A stretch of DNA of 64,000 bases from Alphaproteobacteria bacterium (GTDB taxonomy: Bacteria; Pseudomonadota; Alphaproteobacteria; Bin95), in the NCBI GenBank assembly GCA_022826185.1, contig JAJDVH010000145.1:2951-66950 (forward strand), read 5' to 3'. Positions 22,976 through 32,634 of the stretch are shown piece by piece; position 1 is the first letter of the stretch; every line of letters begins with the position of its first letter. The notes below the pieces were generated by a model, which did no database searches, had not been told where the DNA came from, and saw only the letters and a program-made list of their open reading frames with translations. The position numbers were made by a program, and so were the translations under genes.

Positions 22976-23827
22976 TCAACTCAGCGTTTCGAGAATCCGC
23001 AGCGGCGTGCCGTCCGCTTCCAGTTCGGCGCCGTCTCCGACGCGGTCGAGACGCAGCAGCGCGAGGCCCAGACCGTTCAGGCTGGAACGCATTTCCCCGA
23101 CGGGCCGGCCGGCGGCCGCGATTCGCGTTCCCGGTGCTACGGGGCCGTCCAGTGCGACCGGCGTAAGCTGCCGGCGCACGGCGCCCCGGTAATGCGTGCG
23201 CGCCGTCACCTCCTGGCCGACATAGCAGCCCTTCTCCCAGTCCACGCCGTTCAGCTGCTCGAAATTGCTTTCCAGCAGGAAGGCCTGGCCGACCGGCATG
23301 TCGCGCGAACCGTCGGGCGCGGCGAGCCGGTAGCGCAGGGCCTCGTAGTCGGCGAAATCGCCTTCGGGGAGGCCGTTCGGCTCGTCAGCCGGACGCATCA
23401 GCCGGACCCCGAAGCCGCCGTCGCGCGGATCGATATAGGCAATGCCGCCGCCGCAGCGCGCGGTTTGGCCGGGCCCGGCTTCGGACAGGCCGAAATGCCC
23501 GGCCCCGTGCGGAACCGCCTCGACCGTCCAGGCTTCGCTCGCGTCCTCGATGGCGATTTTCGCCCGCAGCCGGTAGCGCTTCAGCCGCTTTGCGAGATCG
23601 TCCAGCCGGTCGGCCTCGCAGTCCAGATAGACCGTTCCCTCCCGTTCGAGCGCGAACACGTCGTGCAGGAATTTGCCCTGCGGCGTCAGCAGCGCGGCAT
23701 AGACGGCCCTGCCGGCGCGCACTGCCTCGATGTCGTTCGAGAGCAATCCCTGCAGAAAGCCGTGGACGTCTTCACCCGAAAGCGCCAGAACGCCCCGGTG
23801 GGACAAGGGAATGCAGGCAGGGGTCAT
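22976..23827 (-). CDS. ygfZ: YgfZ/GcvT-like folate-binding protein
   Basis: Start at MTPACIPL. GcvT-like fold with KGCYVGQE motif. The upstream part of the long ORF is antisense noise. Confidence 0.7.
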   Translation of the reverse strand: MTPACIPLSHRGVLALSGEDVHGFLQGLLSNDIEAVRAGRAVYAALLTPQGKFLHDVFALEREGTVYLDCEADRLDDLAKRLKRYRLRAKIAIEDASEAWTVEAVPHGAGHFGLSEAGPGQTARCGGGIAYIDPRDGGFGVRLMRPADEPNGLPEGDFADYEALRYRLAAPDGSRDMPVGQAFLLESNFEQLNGVDWEKGCYVGQEVTARTHYRGAVRRQLTPVALDGPVAPGTRIAAAGRPVGEMRSSLNGLGLALLRLDRVGDGAELEADGTPLRILETLS

Positions 23828-23875
23828 GGCGCCTTTGTCGCCTTTCCCGTCCCGGCGCGCAAGGGATGAGAGGTC

Positions 23876-24901
23876 ATGGACCGATTGGAGATACGCCGCC
23901 CGGACGACTGGCATGTCCATTTCCGCGAGGGTGCGGTGGCGCGCGCCGTCGTGCCCTTCACGGCGCGGCAGTTCGCACGCGCCATCGTGATGCCGAACCT
24001 TGTGCCGCCGGTGACGGACGGCCCCCGCGCCCGCGCCTACCGCGACGAAATCCTGGCCGCGCTGCCTCCCGATTCGGGCTTCGAGCCGCTGATGACCTGC
24101 TACCTGACGGACGGCCTCGACCCGGCGGTCATGGAGGACGAGATTTTCACCGCCGCCAAGCTCTACCCGGCCCATGCGACCACCAATTCGGCCCACGGCG
24201 TGACCGACATTGCGGCGCTCAGCCCGGTGCTGGAGCGGATGCAGCGGATCGGCAAGCCGCTGCTCATCCACGGCGAGGTGACGCATCCCGAAGTCGATGT
24301 CTTCGACCGCGAGGCGGTGTTCGTGGAGACGGTGCTGGCCGGGCTCCGGCACGACTTCCCGGCGCTGAAGATCGTGCTGGAGCACGTCACCACGGCTGAC
24401 GGCGTCGCTTTCGTCGAGGAAGCGGACGGGCCGACGGCCGCCACGATCACCCCGCACCATCTCGTCATAGACCGTAACGACCTGCTGGTGGGCGGCATCC
24501 GGCCCCATCTCTATTGCCTGCCGGTCGCCAAGCGCCGCCGCCACCGGGACGCGCTGCGCCGGGCGGCAGTCTCCGGCAGCCCGCGCTTCTTCCTCGGCAC
24601 CGATACCGCGCCCCATGCCGTCGGCGACAAGGAGACCGCCTGCGGCTGCGCCGGCATCTTCTGCGCGCCAACGGCTCTGGAGGTCTATGCCGAGGTGTTC
24701 GACGAGGAAGGCGCTCTCGACCGGCTGGAGTCTTTCGCCAGCCTGAACGGCCCCGCCTTCTACGGCCTCCCGCCCAACGAGGAGCGTATCGCGCTGGAAC
24801 GCCGCTCCTCCGAGGGGCCCGGCCTCCTCGCCGCCGGCGGCGACACGATCCTCCCCTTCCGCGCCGGCGAACGCCTGGAGTGGCGGATTGCGGACTCCTG
24901 A
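23876..24901 (+). CDS. pyrC: dihydroorotase, homodimeric type
   Basis: DWHVHFREG metal-binding motif. 341 aa. Confidence 0.85.
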   Translation: MDRLEIRRPDDWHVHFREGAVARAVVPFTARQFARAIVMPNLVPPVTDGPRARAYRDEILAALPPDSGFEPLMTCYLTDGLDPAVMEDEIFTAAKLYPAHATTNSAHGVTDIAALSPVLERMQRIGKPLLIHGEVTHPEVDVFDREAVFVETVLAGLRHDFPALKIVLEHVTTADGVAFVEEADGPTAATITPHHLVIDRNDLLVGGIRPHLYCLPVAKRRRHRDALRRAAVSGSPRFFLGTDTAPHAVGDKETACGCAGIFCAPTALEVYAEVFDEEGALDRLESFASLNGPAFYGLPPNEERIALERRSSEGPGLLAAGGDTILPFRAGERLEWRIADS

Positions 24902-24976
24902 TTCTTTACCGATTGATTGCGGTTGGAGCACGGGATACTGCTCGTTGGAACCAGCCGAGTCGGGAAGGACGAACAG

Positions 24977-25207
24977 ATGCCAAGAATGGACGCTGGGCGG
25001 CGGATCACATTGCCCGCGGACCAATGCTCCGAAGTCGGACTCGGACCGGGGGACGAGTACCGCAGCTTCGTCGCGGACGGTTGCATTACCATCGTTCCGA
25101 TGGTCGCCGGCGCGGCCAGGGGAATGCTCCGGCACATTGTCGGCGATCCCTCTGTCACCGACGAGGAGTCCTTGGAGGACGCGCTGGACGAATCGCGCGC
25201 TTGCTGA
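24977..25207 (+). CDS. AbrB/MazE/SpoVT-family small DNA-binding protein (orphan antitoxin-like)
   Basis: GRRITLPADQCSEVGLGPGDEY ... ITIVP looped-hinge-helix pattern. No cognate toxin adjacent. Confidence 0.45.
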   Translation: MPRMDAGRRITLPADQCSEVGLGPGDEYRSFVADGCITIVPMVAGAARGMLRHIVGDPSVTDEESLEDALDESRAC

Positions 25208-25228
25208 CCGGGGAAGCTGCCTGTCGCC

Positions 25229-25828
25229 CTAATCGCGGGCGAGGGCGCACAGGGGGCGGGCGAGGAGGCGCTGGACGTAGCGGCCGAGCGCCGGGAACTC
25301 TTCCAGGTGTCCCAGGCGCCGGGCCCAGTTGAGGCACCAGCCGACGACGATGTCGGTGACGGTGAACCGGTCTTCGACCAGATAGTCGTGTTGCGCCAGA
25401 TGGGCTTCCGCTACCGCTGCGCTGCGTTTGAACATATGCACGTTCTGCTCGAAGGTGGCGGTGATGCGCCTTTCCTCGGGCAGCACATACTGGTTGACGG
25501 CGTTGTTCCAGAGCCATGCTTCCATCTCGGCGAGGCAGAAGGCGACCCACTGGTCGTGCTCGGCGCGGGCGAACGTGCCGGACGCGGCAATCAGCTTCGC
25601 GTCGGGCACGCGGTCGGCGATGTAAGTACAGATGGCCGCGGACTCGAGCAGCGGCCGCCCGTCGATGACCGCCGCCGGTATCTTCGCCAGGGGATGATAC
25701 CGGCGCATTTCCTCCAGACTCGTCATGTCGCGCCGGTCGATCGCGGCATATTCGATCCCCGCTTCCTGCAAAGTCCACTGGCAACGCGCGCTGCGGTTGG
25801 TACCGGTGCCGAACAGGGTCACTTCCAT
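25229..25828 (-). CDS. glutathione S-transferase
   Basis: Start MEVTLFG. GST N-terminal and C-terminal domain pattern. Confidence 0.8.
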   Translation of the reverse strand: MEVTLFGTGTNRSARCQWTLQEAGIEYAAIDRRDMTSLEEMRRYHPLAKIPAAVIDGRPLLESAAICTYIADRVPDAKLIAASGTFARAEHDQWVAFCLAEMEAWLWNNAVNQYVLPEERRITATFEQNVHMFKRSAAVAEAHLAQHDYLVEDRFTVTDIVVGWCLNWARRLGHLEEFPALGRYVQRLLARPLCALARD

Positions 25829-25848
25829 GTCGAGAGACTCCTCTGCGC

Positions 25849-26607
25849 CTATAGCCGGGCGGCGAAATCGAATATCGCGTCGGCCACCCGCTCCGGCGCC
25901 TCGATGGGGGCGCCGTGGGCGAGGCCGTCGAGCACCAGGGCCCTTGCATTCGGTATGACCCGCGCGAGTTCGAGGCTCATGGCGGGGGTGGAGTTGATGT
26001 CGTGCTCGGCGGTCAGGGCGAGGGTGGGGCAGGCAATGCGCCCGGCTTCCCGCGCGAGTTCGCCGTCGGCGGTCGCGAACACCCGGTAGGCGGCGAGATA
26101 GGCTGCCGGGTCGTTGGCCAGCAGGCGGCGGCGGACCGGCTCGATAACTTCCGGCGAGCGGGCCCGGAACGCTGCGGTGAACCAGCGCTCGACCGCCGAC
26201 TCGACCATCCCTGCGGGGCCGTCGCGTTCCACCGCGGCCAGGCGCTGCATGATGGCGTGGCGCTGATGCTCGTCCCGGTCGAAGACGGCATTCATCAGCA
26301 CCAGCCCCCGGAGCGCGTCCGGCCTGTCCAGCGCGAAGCGCTGCGCGACCATCGCGCCCATGGAAAAGCCGACAATGACCGGCGCGTCGTCCAGTCTCTC
26401 CACGATGCCGGCAAGCGCTTCCGAAAAGGTCTGGAGCGTCACCTCGCCCGCCGGCATCCCGGCCTCGCCGTGGCAGGGCATGTCGAAGGCGGTGCAGTCG
26501 AGCCTGCTGGAGAGGCAGCGCGTGACCCCGCCCCACATCGTCCGGTCGAGGCCGACCCCGTGTATCAGAACGAGCGGCGGGGCCTTGCCGGCTGCGGACG
26601 CCGTCAT
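25849..26607 (-). CDS. alpha/beta hydrolase
   Basis: GFSMG nucleophile elbow. 252 aa. Confidence 0.8.
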   Translation of the reverse strand: MTASAAGKAPPLVLIHGVGLDRTMWGGVTRCLSSRLDCTAFDMPCHGEAGMPAGEVTLQTFSEALAGIVERLDDAPVIVGFSMGAMVAQRFALDRPDALRGLVLMNAVFDRDEHQRHAIMQRLAAVERDGPAGMVESAVERWFTAAFRARSPEVIEPVRRRLLANDPAAYLAAYRVFATADGELAREAGRIACPTLALTAEHDINSTPAMSLELARVIPNARALVLDGLAHGAPIEAPERVADAIFDFAARL

Positions 26608-27641
26608 GCGAAGGCCGGCATCACTTCATCGATGAACAGGCGAAGCGACTTCTGCTTCTCGGCAAACGGCATGCCGTTGTCGATCCAGAGGCTGTACTGG
26701 TCGAAGCCCATCGCCTCATATGTCTTGAGCCGCGCGGTCACCTCCTCCGGCGTGCCGACCGCATTGTTGGCGCGCATCGCCTCGGGCGAGAATATGTCGA
26801 GCTTCGCCATCTCCTCTTCCGTCAGCGGCTCCATCATGCCCTGGCTGATCGGCCGCTCGTTTCGGAACCAGGCGCCGAAATGGCAATAGAACCGGCTGAG
26901 CGCCTGCGCGCCCTCGACCACGGCTTCTTCGTCCGCGCCGACATGGGTGTGGCGCAGCAGCATGATTCTCGGCCGCGGGACTTCCGGGTTCGCGGCGCAG
27001 GCGTCCTCGAAGCGCTGCATCAGCCGCTCCACCTCGTCGTCGCCCTGCCATAGCGGCGTCACCTGCACGTTGCACCGCTCGGAGACGGCGAATTTGTGGC
27101 TGTCGGGGTCGCGGGCTGCGATCCAGAGAGGCGGGTGGGGCTGCTGGAGGGGCTTGGGGGAGGAGGTGGTCTTCGGGAACTGCCACCGTTCCCCGTCATG
27201 CTCATAGTCGCCCTGCCAGAGTTTCTTGACGGCCGGCACCGTCTCTCGCAGCGCCGCTCCCGCCGAGGCGGCGTCCAGGCCCGGCGACAGCCGCTCATAC
27301 TCGAAGCTGTAGGCGCCGCGCGCGATCCCGAGCTCCAGCCGCCCGCCCGTCACGATATCGGCCAGCGCCGCCTCGCCCGCCAGCTTGATCGGGTGCCAGA
27401 AGGGCGCGACGATGGCCCCGGTGCCGAGGCGGACGTTCTTCGTCCTGTTGGCGATGTCGGCGAGCGTGATGAACGGGTTGGGCGTGATGGTGAAATCCAT
27501 CCCGTGATGCTCGCCCGTCCAGATGGCCTCGAACCCGCCTTCGTCTGCCATGCGGCAGAGTTCAAGCGATTCCCGGTAGAGTTCGGCATGGTCCCGGTCC
27601 GGCGTCAGCCGCTCCATGTGGACGAACAGGGAAAAATCCAT
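26604..27641 (-). CDS. LLM-class flavin-dependent oxidoreductase
   Basis: Luciferase-like monooxygenase family pattern. 345 aa. Confidence 0.8.
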   Translation of the reverse strand: MDFSLFVHMERLTPDRDHAELYRESLELCRMADEGGFEAIWTGEHHGMDFTITPNPFITLADIANRTKNVRLGTGAIVAPFWHPIKLAGEAALADIVTGGRLELGIARGAYSFEYERLSPGLDAASAGAALRETVPAVKKLWQGDYEHDGERWQFPKTTSSPKPLQQPHPPLWIAARDPDSHKFAVSERCNVQVTPLWQGDDEVERLMQRFEDACAANPEVPRPRIMLLRHTHVGADEEAVVEGAQALSRFYCHFGAWFRNERPISQGMMEPLTEEEMAKLDIFSPEAMRANNAVGTPEEVTARLKTYEAMGFDQYSLWIDNGMPFAEKQKSLRLFIDEVMPAFA

Positions 27642-27674
27642 CTGTTGGCCTCCCGAAGCCGGCGCGCGTCCCGG

Positions 27675-28412
27675 CTATACGTGCTGGCCGCCGTTTACAT
27701 GAATTTCGGCGCCGTTGATGTAGCGCGAGGCGTCCGTGCAGAGAAAATAGATCGTATCCGCGACTTCTCCCGGCTCGCCCATGCGGCCGACCGGAATGGC
27801 CCGGACGATCTCGTCGCTGCCGGGGGAGAGCATCGGCGTGTCGATCTCGCCGGGCGCGATGGCGTTGACGCGGATGCCGTCGGGTCCGAATTCCGCCGCC
27901 ATCTCGCGCGTGAGCGCCGCCAGCGCGGCCTTCGAGGTGGCGTAGGCCGGGCCGGCGAAGCGGTGCACCCGCCCCCCGGCGATGGAGGTGACATTGACCA
28001 CCGAGCCGTTGCCCGCCGCCAGCTCGCTCGCCAGCCCGCGCGCGAGCATCAGCGGGGCGTAGAAGTTGACCTGCATGACATGGTGCCAGGCGCTCAGCCT
28101 TGTGTCGCGCACGCCGAGCCTGCCGCCGTCATCGCCCTTGGGCGAGACGGCCGCGTTGTTCACCAGCGCATGCACGCGCCCGTCCGTCAGCCGCTTGCGC
28201 ATTTCCTCTATCGTGACGGCCAGCCCTTCGGGGTCGGACAGGTCCACCTCGATATGGTCCTCCGGCCCGGCGCCCCACGGGCAGATGCCACCCGGAAAGG
28301 ACTGCCGCGAGCAGGTGATGACGCGCCAGCCGGCATCCATGAACTTGATGGCCGTGGCATGGCCGATGCCGCGGCTGGCGCCGGTGAGGATGAGGGTTCG
28401 CGTTTCCGACAT
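27675..28412 (-). CDS. SDR family oxidoreductase
   Basis: TGASRGIG and YATSK motifs. Confidence 0.8.
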   Translation of the reverse strand: MSETRTLILTGASRGIGHATAIKFMDAGWRVITCSRQSFPGGICPWGAGPEDHIEVDLSDPEGLAVTIEEMRKRLTDGRVHALVNNAAVSPKGDDGGRLGVRDTRLSAWHHVMQVNFYAPLMLARGLASELAAGNGSVVNVTSIAGGRVHRFAGPAYATSKAALAALTREMAAEFGPDGIRVNAIAPGEIDTPMLSPGSDEIVRAIPVGRMGEPGEVADTIYFLCTDASRYINGAEIHVNGGQHV

Positions 28413-28450
28413 GGGCTTCGGCGCAGCATAAGGGCAAGAATTACCGGGCG

Positions 28451-30064
28451 CTACCAGACTCCGATGATGAAGCCGCGCTTGCGGCTGCCGTCGGTGCGCC
28501 GCGCCACTTCGGCGTCGGAGAGCGTGGTGCGGGTGCGCCGCGCCCGGAGCCAGGCGAACAGGCGCTCGTGGAGTTCGGCGCGCGTTGCGGCATGGGCCGG
28601 GTCGCCGCCGAGGTCGGTGCGCTCCAGCGGGTCTTCGGCGAGGTCGAACAGTTGCGGGCGGAACCCCTCCCAGAACAGGTATTTCCAGCGTTCGGTGCGG
28701 ACCATGTAGCCGCGGGACTCGTCGACGCCGCGCCCGAGCGTAAGCCGGGCGGCGCGGTGGGAGTAATCGGTTTCGGCGAACACCGCGTCGCGCCGTTCCG
28801 CCTTTCCGTCCCGCAGCAGCGGCAGCAGGGAGCGCCCTTCCATGCGGTGGGGCTGGGCCTCGCCGCCCGCCGCCTCGACAAAGGTCGGCACCAGGTCGAT
28901 GGACTCCACCAGGTCGTCGATCACCGCGCCAGGCTTTCCTTCCGGGTCGTAGAGGATCAGCGGGATGCGCACGCTTTCCTCGTGGAACAGCTCCTTCTCG
29001 CCGAGCCAGTGGTCGCCCAGATAGTCGCCATGGTCGCTGGTGAAGACGATCATCGTGTCTTCCATCCGGCCCTGCTCCTCCAGGAAGGCGAACAGGCGGC
29101 CCATATGGTCGTCGATCTCCCTGACCAGCCCCATATAGGCGGGGATGACGGCGCGCCGGACCTCGTCGCGGGAGAAGCTCCGGCTGTCCTCATGGGCCAT
29201 GAAGGCGGCATGGACCGGATGCGGGTCCCGGCGCTCATCCTCGTGCCGGTTGGCGGCGATGACGGAATTGGCCCCGTAGAGGCCGTGATAGGGCGCGGGC
29301 GCGATATAGGGCCAATGCGGCTTGATGTAGGAGAGGTGGAGGCACCAGGGCTCCTCGCCCTGCTCGCGGATGAACTCCATCGCGCGGCCCGTCATGTAGG
29401 CGGTCTCGGAATGCTCCGCCTTCACGCGAGCGGGCAGGGGCGAATAGCGCAGATACCAGCCGGAGAGCTGCTCGCCGTCCGGCCCCTCGGCGGAGTTGGC
29501 GAAGTCGTGCCAGGGGTTGGGGCTGTCATAGCCGCGCTCCCGGAGCCAGCGGTTGTAGGCGAGGTCCGGATCGACGCCGATGTCGGGATGCAGCCCGTCG
29601 TCGCGCTCGAAGGGCTCGAAGCCGCATTCCGAAAGCAGCACGCCGGTACTGCTGGCCGGGTCGATGCCGAGGCGGGCCATGCCTTCCCGGTCGGCGGCCA
29701 TATGCGTCTTGCCGACCAGCGCGGTGCGCAGCCCGAGCGGGCGCAGCCAGTCGCCGAGCGTGAGTTCGTCCACCGCCAGCGGGACATTGTTCCAGGTGGC
29801 GCCGTGGCTGAACATGTAGCGCCCGGTGTAGAAGGACATGCGCGACGCCCCGCAGATCGGCGACTGGCAATAGGCGCGGGTGAAGCGCGCTCCCTTCGCC
29901 GCCAGAGCGTCAAGATGGGGCGTTTCCAGCGCCGGGTGCCCGTAGCAGGAGAGATAGTCCCAGCGAAGCTGGTCCGTCATGATGAACAGGATGTTGCGAA
30001 CGCGCGCCACAATCGGGCTCCCCTCCGGCGACCGTCCGCACCATGAACCCCGCGCCGCCGTCAC
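28451..30064 (-). CDS. sulfatase (arylsulfatase-like)
   Basis: Sulfatase signature CQSPICGASRMSFYTGR (Cys to be modified). Precise start uncertain. Confidence 0.75.
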   Translation of the reverse strand: MTAARGSWCGRSPEGSPIVARVRNILFIMTDQLRWDYLSCYGHPALETPHLDALAAKGARFTRAYCQSPICGASRMSFYTGRYMFSHGATWNNVPLAVDELTLGDWLRPLGLRTALVGKTHMAADREGMARLGIDPASSTGVLLSECGFEPFERDDGLHPDIGVDPDLAYNRWLRERGYDSPNPWHDFANSAEGPDGEQLSGWYLRYSPLPARVKAEHSETAYMTGRAMEFIREQGEEPWCLHLSYIKPHWPYIAPAPYHGLYGANSVIAANRHEDERRDPHPVHAAFMAHEDSRSFSRDEVRRAVIPAYMGLVREIDDHMGRLFAFLEEQGRMEDTMIVFTSDHGDYLGDHWLGEKELFHEESVRIPLILYDPEGKPGAVIDDLVESIDLVPTFVEAAGGEAQPHRMEGRSLLPLLRDGKAERRDAVFAETDYSHRAARLTLGRGVDESRGYMVRTERWKYLFWEGFRPQLFDLAEDPLERTDLGGDPAHAATRAELHERLFAWLRARRTRTTLSDAEVARRTDGSRKRGFIIGVW

Positions 30065-30189
30065 TGCAAGCGTGGCGCTTTGCCCCTTGGGCCGCCGGTG
30101 CTAGCTTGCCCACGAGAGGGTGACCGAGCCAAGCGGCGGGCCGGACCTGTGGCAGAGCAGGTCGCTTTGAAGCGGTTTCATGGTTTCAA

Positions 30190-30675
30190 ATGGCGGCAGA
30201 TTTGAGCGCCGTGAATGAGTGTATGACAGACATCGAGAGAATTATATGGGGCGGTCTCGCCGGAGTGACGATAGTCGTAGTCGGTCAGTTAATTTCCAAA
30301 TTTGTCCTTGAACCGGTGCAGGAGTTGAGAAAATCTATCGGGGAAGTAAGGTTTAATCTCGCATTTCATGCACCGACAATACATACGCCTATCGGACGGA
30401 AGGAAGAAGACATGAGTGCCGCCCGGCAGGCTCTGTTATCTAGTTCCAGCAATCTTCTAGCTAAATTGCACGCTGTTCCATTTTGTTCGATGATTAGATT
30501 CTTGTCTTTGAATTCTCTACCGAGTAGGAAGGATATCGAAAACGCATCCGCTCTTCTGCGTGGCCTTTCCACCTATGTCCTTGAGGAAGGCGATAAAGCA
30601 GCGGAACTTGTAGATGCAGTGAACCAGCGTGTATCCAAGGTCGAGGAATTACTTCGATTGAAACCTTTGAATTAA
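30190..30675 (+). CDS. hypothetical protein with one N-terminal TM helix, low-GC
   Basis: 161 aa. GC about 45%, clearly below the genome average. No family recognised. Confidence 0.5.
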   Translation: MAADLSAVNECMTDIERIIWGGLAGVTIVVVGQLISKFVLEPVQELRKSIGEVRFNLAFHAPTIHTPIGRKEEDMSAARQALLSSSSNLLAKLHAVPFCSMIRFLSLNSLPSRKDIENASALLRGLSTYVLEEGDKAAELVDAVNQRVSKVEELLRLKPLN

Positions 30676-30904
30676 ATGTGGGGTGTCAATTCATGGCGTT
30701 ATTCGTCCCGTTTCAATTTGTGGTGCGCCAGCCCGAAAGCCGCAGGATGGCGGCTACGTCGGCCGTATGGAGCTTCGTTTGCCCTCGGCGCAAGGGAATT
30801 GCTTCGGCCGTTCCAATAGGGTCAAGTCGGGCGCGCCTACACCCGTCCGTTACCTCGCCCGGACAGGTTCTGCCTGTTGCCGCAATGTCGGAGGGAAAGT
30901 CGCG

Positions 30905-32578
30905 ATGACGGCCCACCTGACGCTTCGGCGCTTCGCGATCGTGACATTGCTGCTTGCGGCGGTGGTCGCGCCTCAGGCTTGGGGACAGACGGTCGAGGAC
31001 GCGAAGACGGCGTACGAGCGAGGCGACTACGCCGGTGCCTTGGCTATTGTCCGGGATCTGGCCCGCAAGGGAGACCCCGATGCCCAAGTTGCCCTTGGGG
31101 ACGCCCATAGGGATGGCTTCAAGACCCTGGTCTCGCAAAACCACACTGAAGCTGTGCGGTGGTATCTCCTCGCAGCCGGACAAGGCAACGCCGAGGCTCA
31201 GTCCGCCTTGGGAGACATGTATCATTCTGGCAGAGGAGTTCCAAGAAACTACGATGAGGCAGCAACGTGGTATCGTCGCGCCGCGGAGCAAGGTGTTGCC
31301 ACCGCACAAAATAATCTCGCGGTCATGTACGATAAGGGCGATGGTGTTCCGCAAGACTACGCTAAGGCGTTAAAATGGTACCGACGCGCGGCGGAGCAAG
31401 GCAGTGCTGCCGCTCAATTTCGTCTTGGAGGCATGTATAACTTAGGACATGGCGTTGCGCAGAACCACACTGAGGCCGCTAAATGGTATCGCCGAGTTGC
31501 AGAACAGGGAGGTATCCGCGCACAATTTAACCTCGGTGGCATGTATTACGAGGGTGAGGGTGTTCCGCAGGATTTCGCCGAAGCGGCAAGGTGGTATAGA
31601 TACGCAGCGAATCAAGGTCCCCCCGGAGCGCAAAACAATCTCGGAGTAATGTACGAAGAGGGCCACGGCGTCTCCCGAAATCTCGAACGCGCGCATATGT
31701 GGTTCAATCTTGCTGCATCGCAGACCCCGGCTGCTGAAAGGGAGGATCGGGAAAGGTCGGTGCGAAACCGGGACCGGGTTGCGGCGCTTCTGACTCCATT
31801 GCAGCTTGCGCGCGCGCAGCGCATGGCGAGAGAGCAGCAGTCGATAATCGACAACCCGCGCTTGGGTGAAGTGCTCGACTATGACCCGTTCCCGGAGGAG
31901 CCTGCCGCCGCAACCGCGCCTGTTCCCGCTCCTGCCTCGAAACCCCCGGCGCTCGAAACGATCTCCACCGGCTCCGGTTTCCGCGTGAGTTCCGAGGGGC
32001 ATATCCTGACCAATGCGCATGTCGTGAAGGGCTGTGTGGAAGTACGGGTTCCATCGGTGGGTCCAGTCGCCGTCGCTGCGCAGGACGATGCGGCGGACCT
32101 TGCCCTGTTGACGGGGCCGCCCGGCAAGCCGTTTGCGGCGTTCCGGCAGGGGCGGGGCGTGCGGCCCGGCGCGGGCGTGGTCGCGGTCGGCTATCCGTTG
32201 CGCGGCATGCTCGCCTCCGGGGCGAATGTGACGACCGGCAATGTCGCCGCGCTCGCCGGTCCCGGCGACGACCGCCGCCTGATCCAGATCACCGCGCCGG
32301 TGCAGCCCGGAAGCAGCGGCGGCCCCGTGCTGGACATGGCGGGCAATGCGGTCGGCGTCGTGGTCTCGAAGCTCGACGCCGTGAAGATGGCGCGCGCGAC
32401 CGGGGACATCCCGCAGAATGTCAATTTCGCCGTCAGCGCCGGCGCGGCGCGGGCCTTCCTCGATTCCGAGAGCGTCGCCTACGCTACAGCGCCGTCGAAA
32501 GACATGCGCGCGCCCGAGGAGGTGGCGGCCGCGGCGAAAGCGTTCACCGTGCTTATCGAGTGCCGGGGCGAGGGGTAG
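30905..32578 (+). CDS. secreted Sel1-repeat protein fused to C-terminal trypsin-like (S1) serine peptidase
   Basis: Signal peptide MTAHLTLRRFAIVTLLLAAVVAPQAWG. Seven or more Sel1 repeats (A..WYR.AAEQG.A.AQ..LG.MY). Peptidase motifs TNAHVV, DLALL, GSSGGPV. GC about 56%. Confidence 0.7.
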   Translation: MTAHLTLRRFAIVTLLLAAVVAPQAWGQTVEDAKTAYERGDYAGALAIVRDLARKGDPDAQVALGDAHRDGFKTLVSQNHTEAVRWYLLAAGQGNAEAQSALGDMYHSGRGVPRNYDEAATWYRRAAEQGVATAQNNLAVMYDKGDGVPQDYAKALKWYRRAAEQGSAAAQFRLGGMYNLGHGVAQNHTEAAKWYRRVAEQGGIRAQFNLGGMYYEGEGVPQDFAEAARWYRYAANQGPPGAQNNLGVMYEEGHGVSRNLERAHMWFNLAASQTPAAEREDRERSVRNRDRVAALLTPLQLARAQRMAREQQSIIDNPRLGEVLDYDPFPEEPAAATAPVPAPASKPPALETISTGSGFRVSSEGHILTNAHVVKGCVEVRVPSVGPVAVAAQDDAADLALLTGPPGKPFAAFRQGRGVRPGAGVVAVGYPLRGMLASGANVTTGNVAALAGPGDDRRLIQITAPVQPGSSGGPVLDMAGNAVGVVVSKLDAVKMARATGDIPQNVNFAVSAGAARAFLDSESVAYATAPSKDMRAPEEVAAAAKAFTVLIECRGEG

Positions 32579-32634
32579 CCGCCCGGCGAAGCGCCCCGTT
32601 TGCCCGGCCGGCCCGGAATGGTAGCTTGGCTGCC

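Noticed and set aside
22976-25135. 719-aa minus-strand ORF as a single large protein
   Set aside because: Only the C-terminal 284 aa (YgfZ-like) are coding. The remainder is antisense to pyrC.
30683-30904. Longer 5' extension of the Sel1-peptidase ORF (start MSIHGV...)
   Set aside because: The extension is not signal-peptide-like, whereas the internal MTAHLTLRRFAIVTLLLAAVVAPQAWG is an ideal signal peptide. Start set at 30905.
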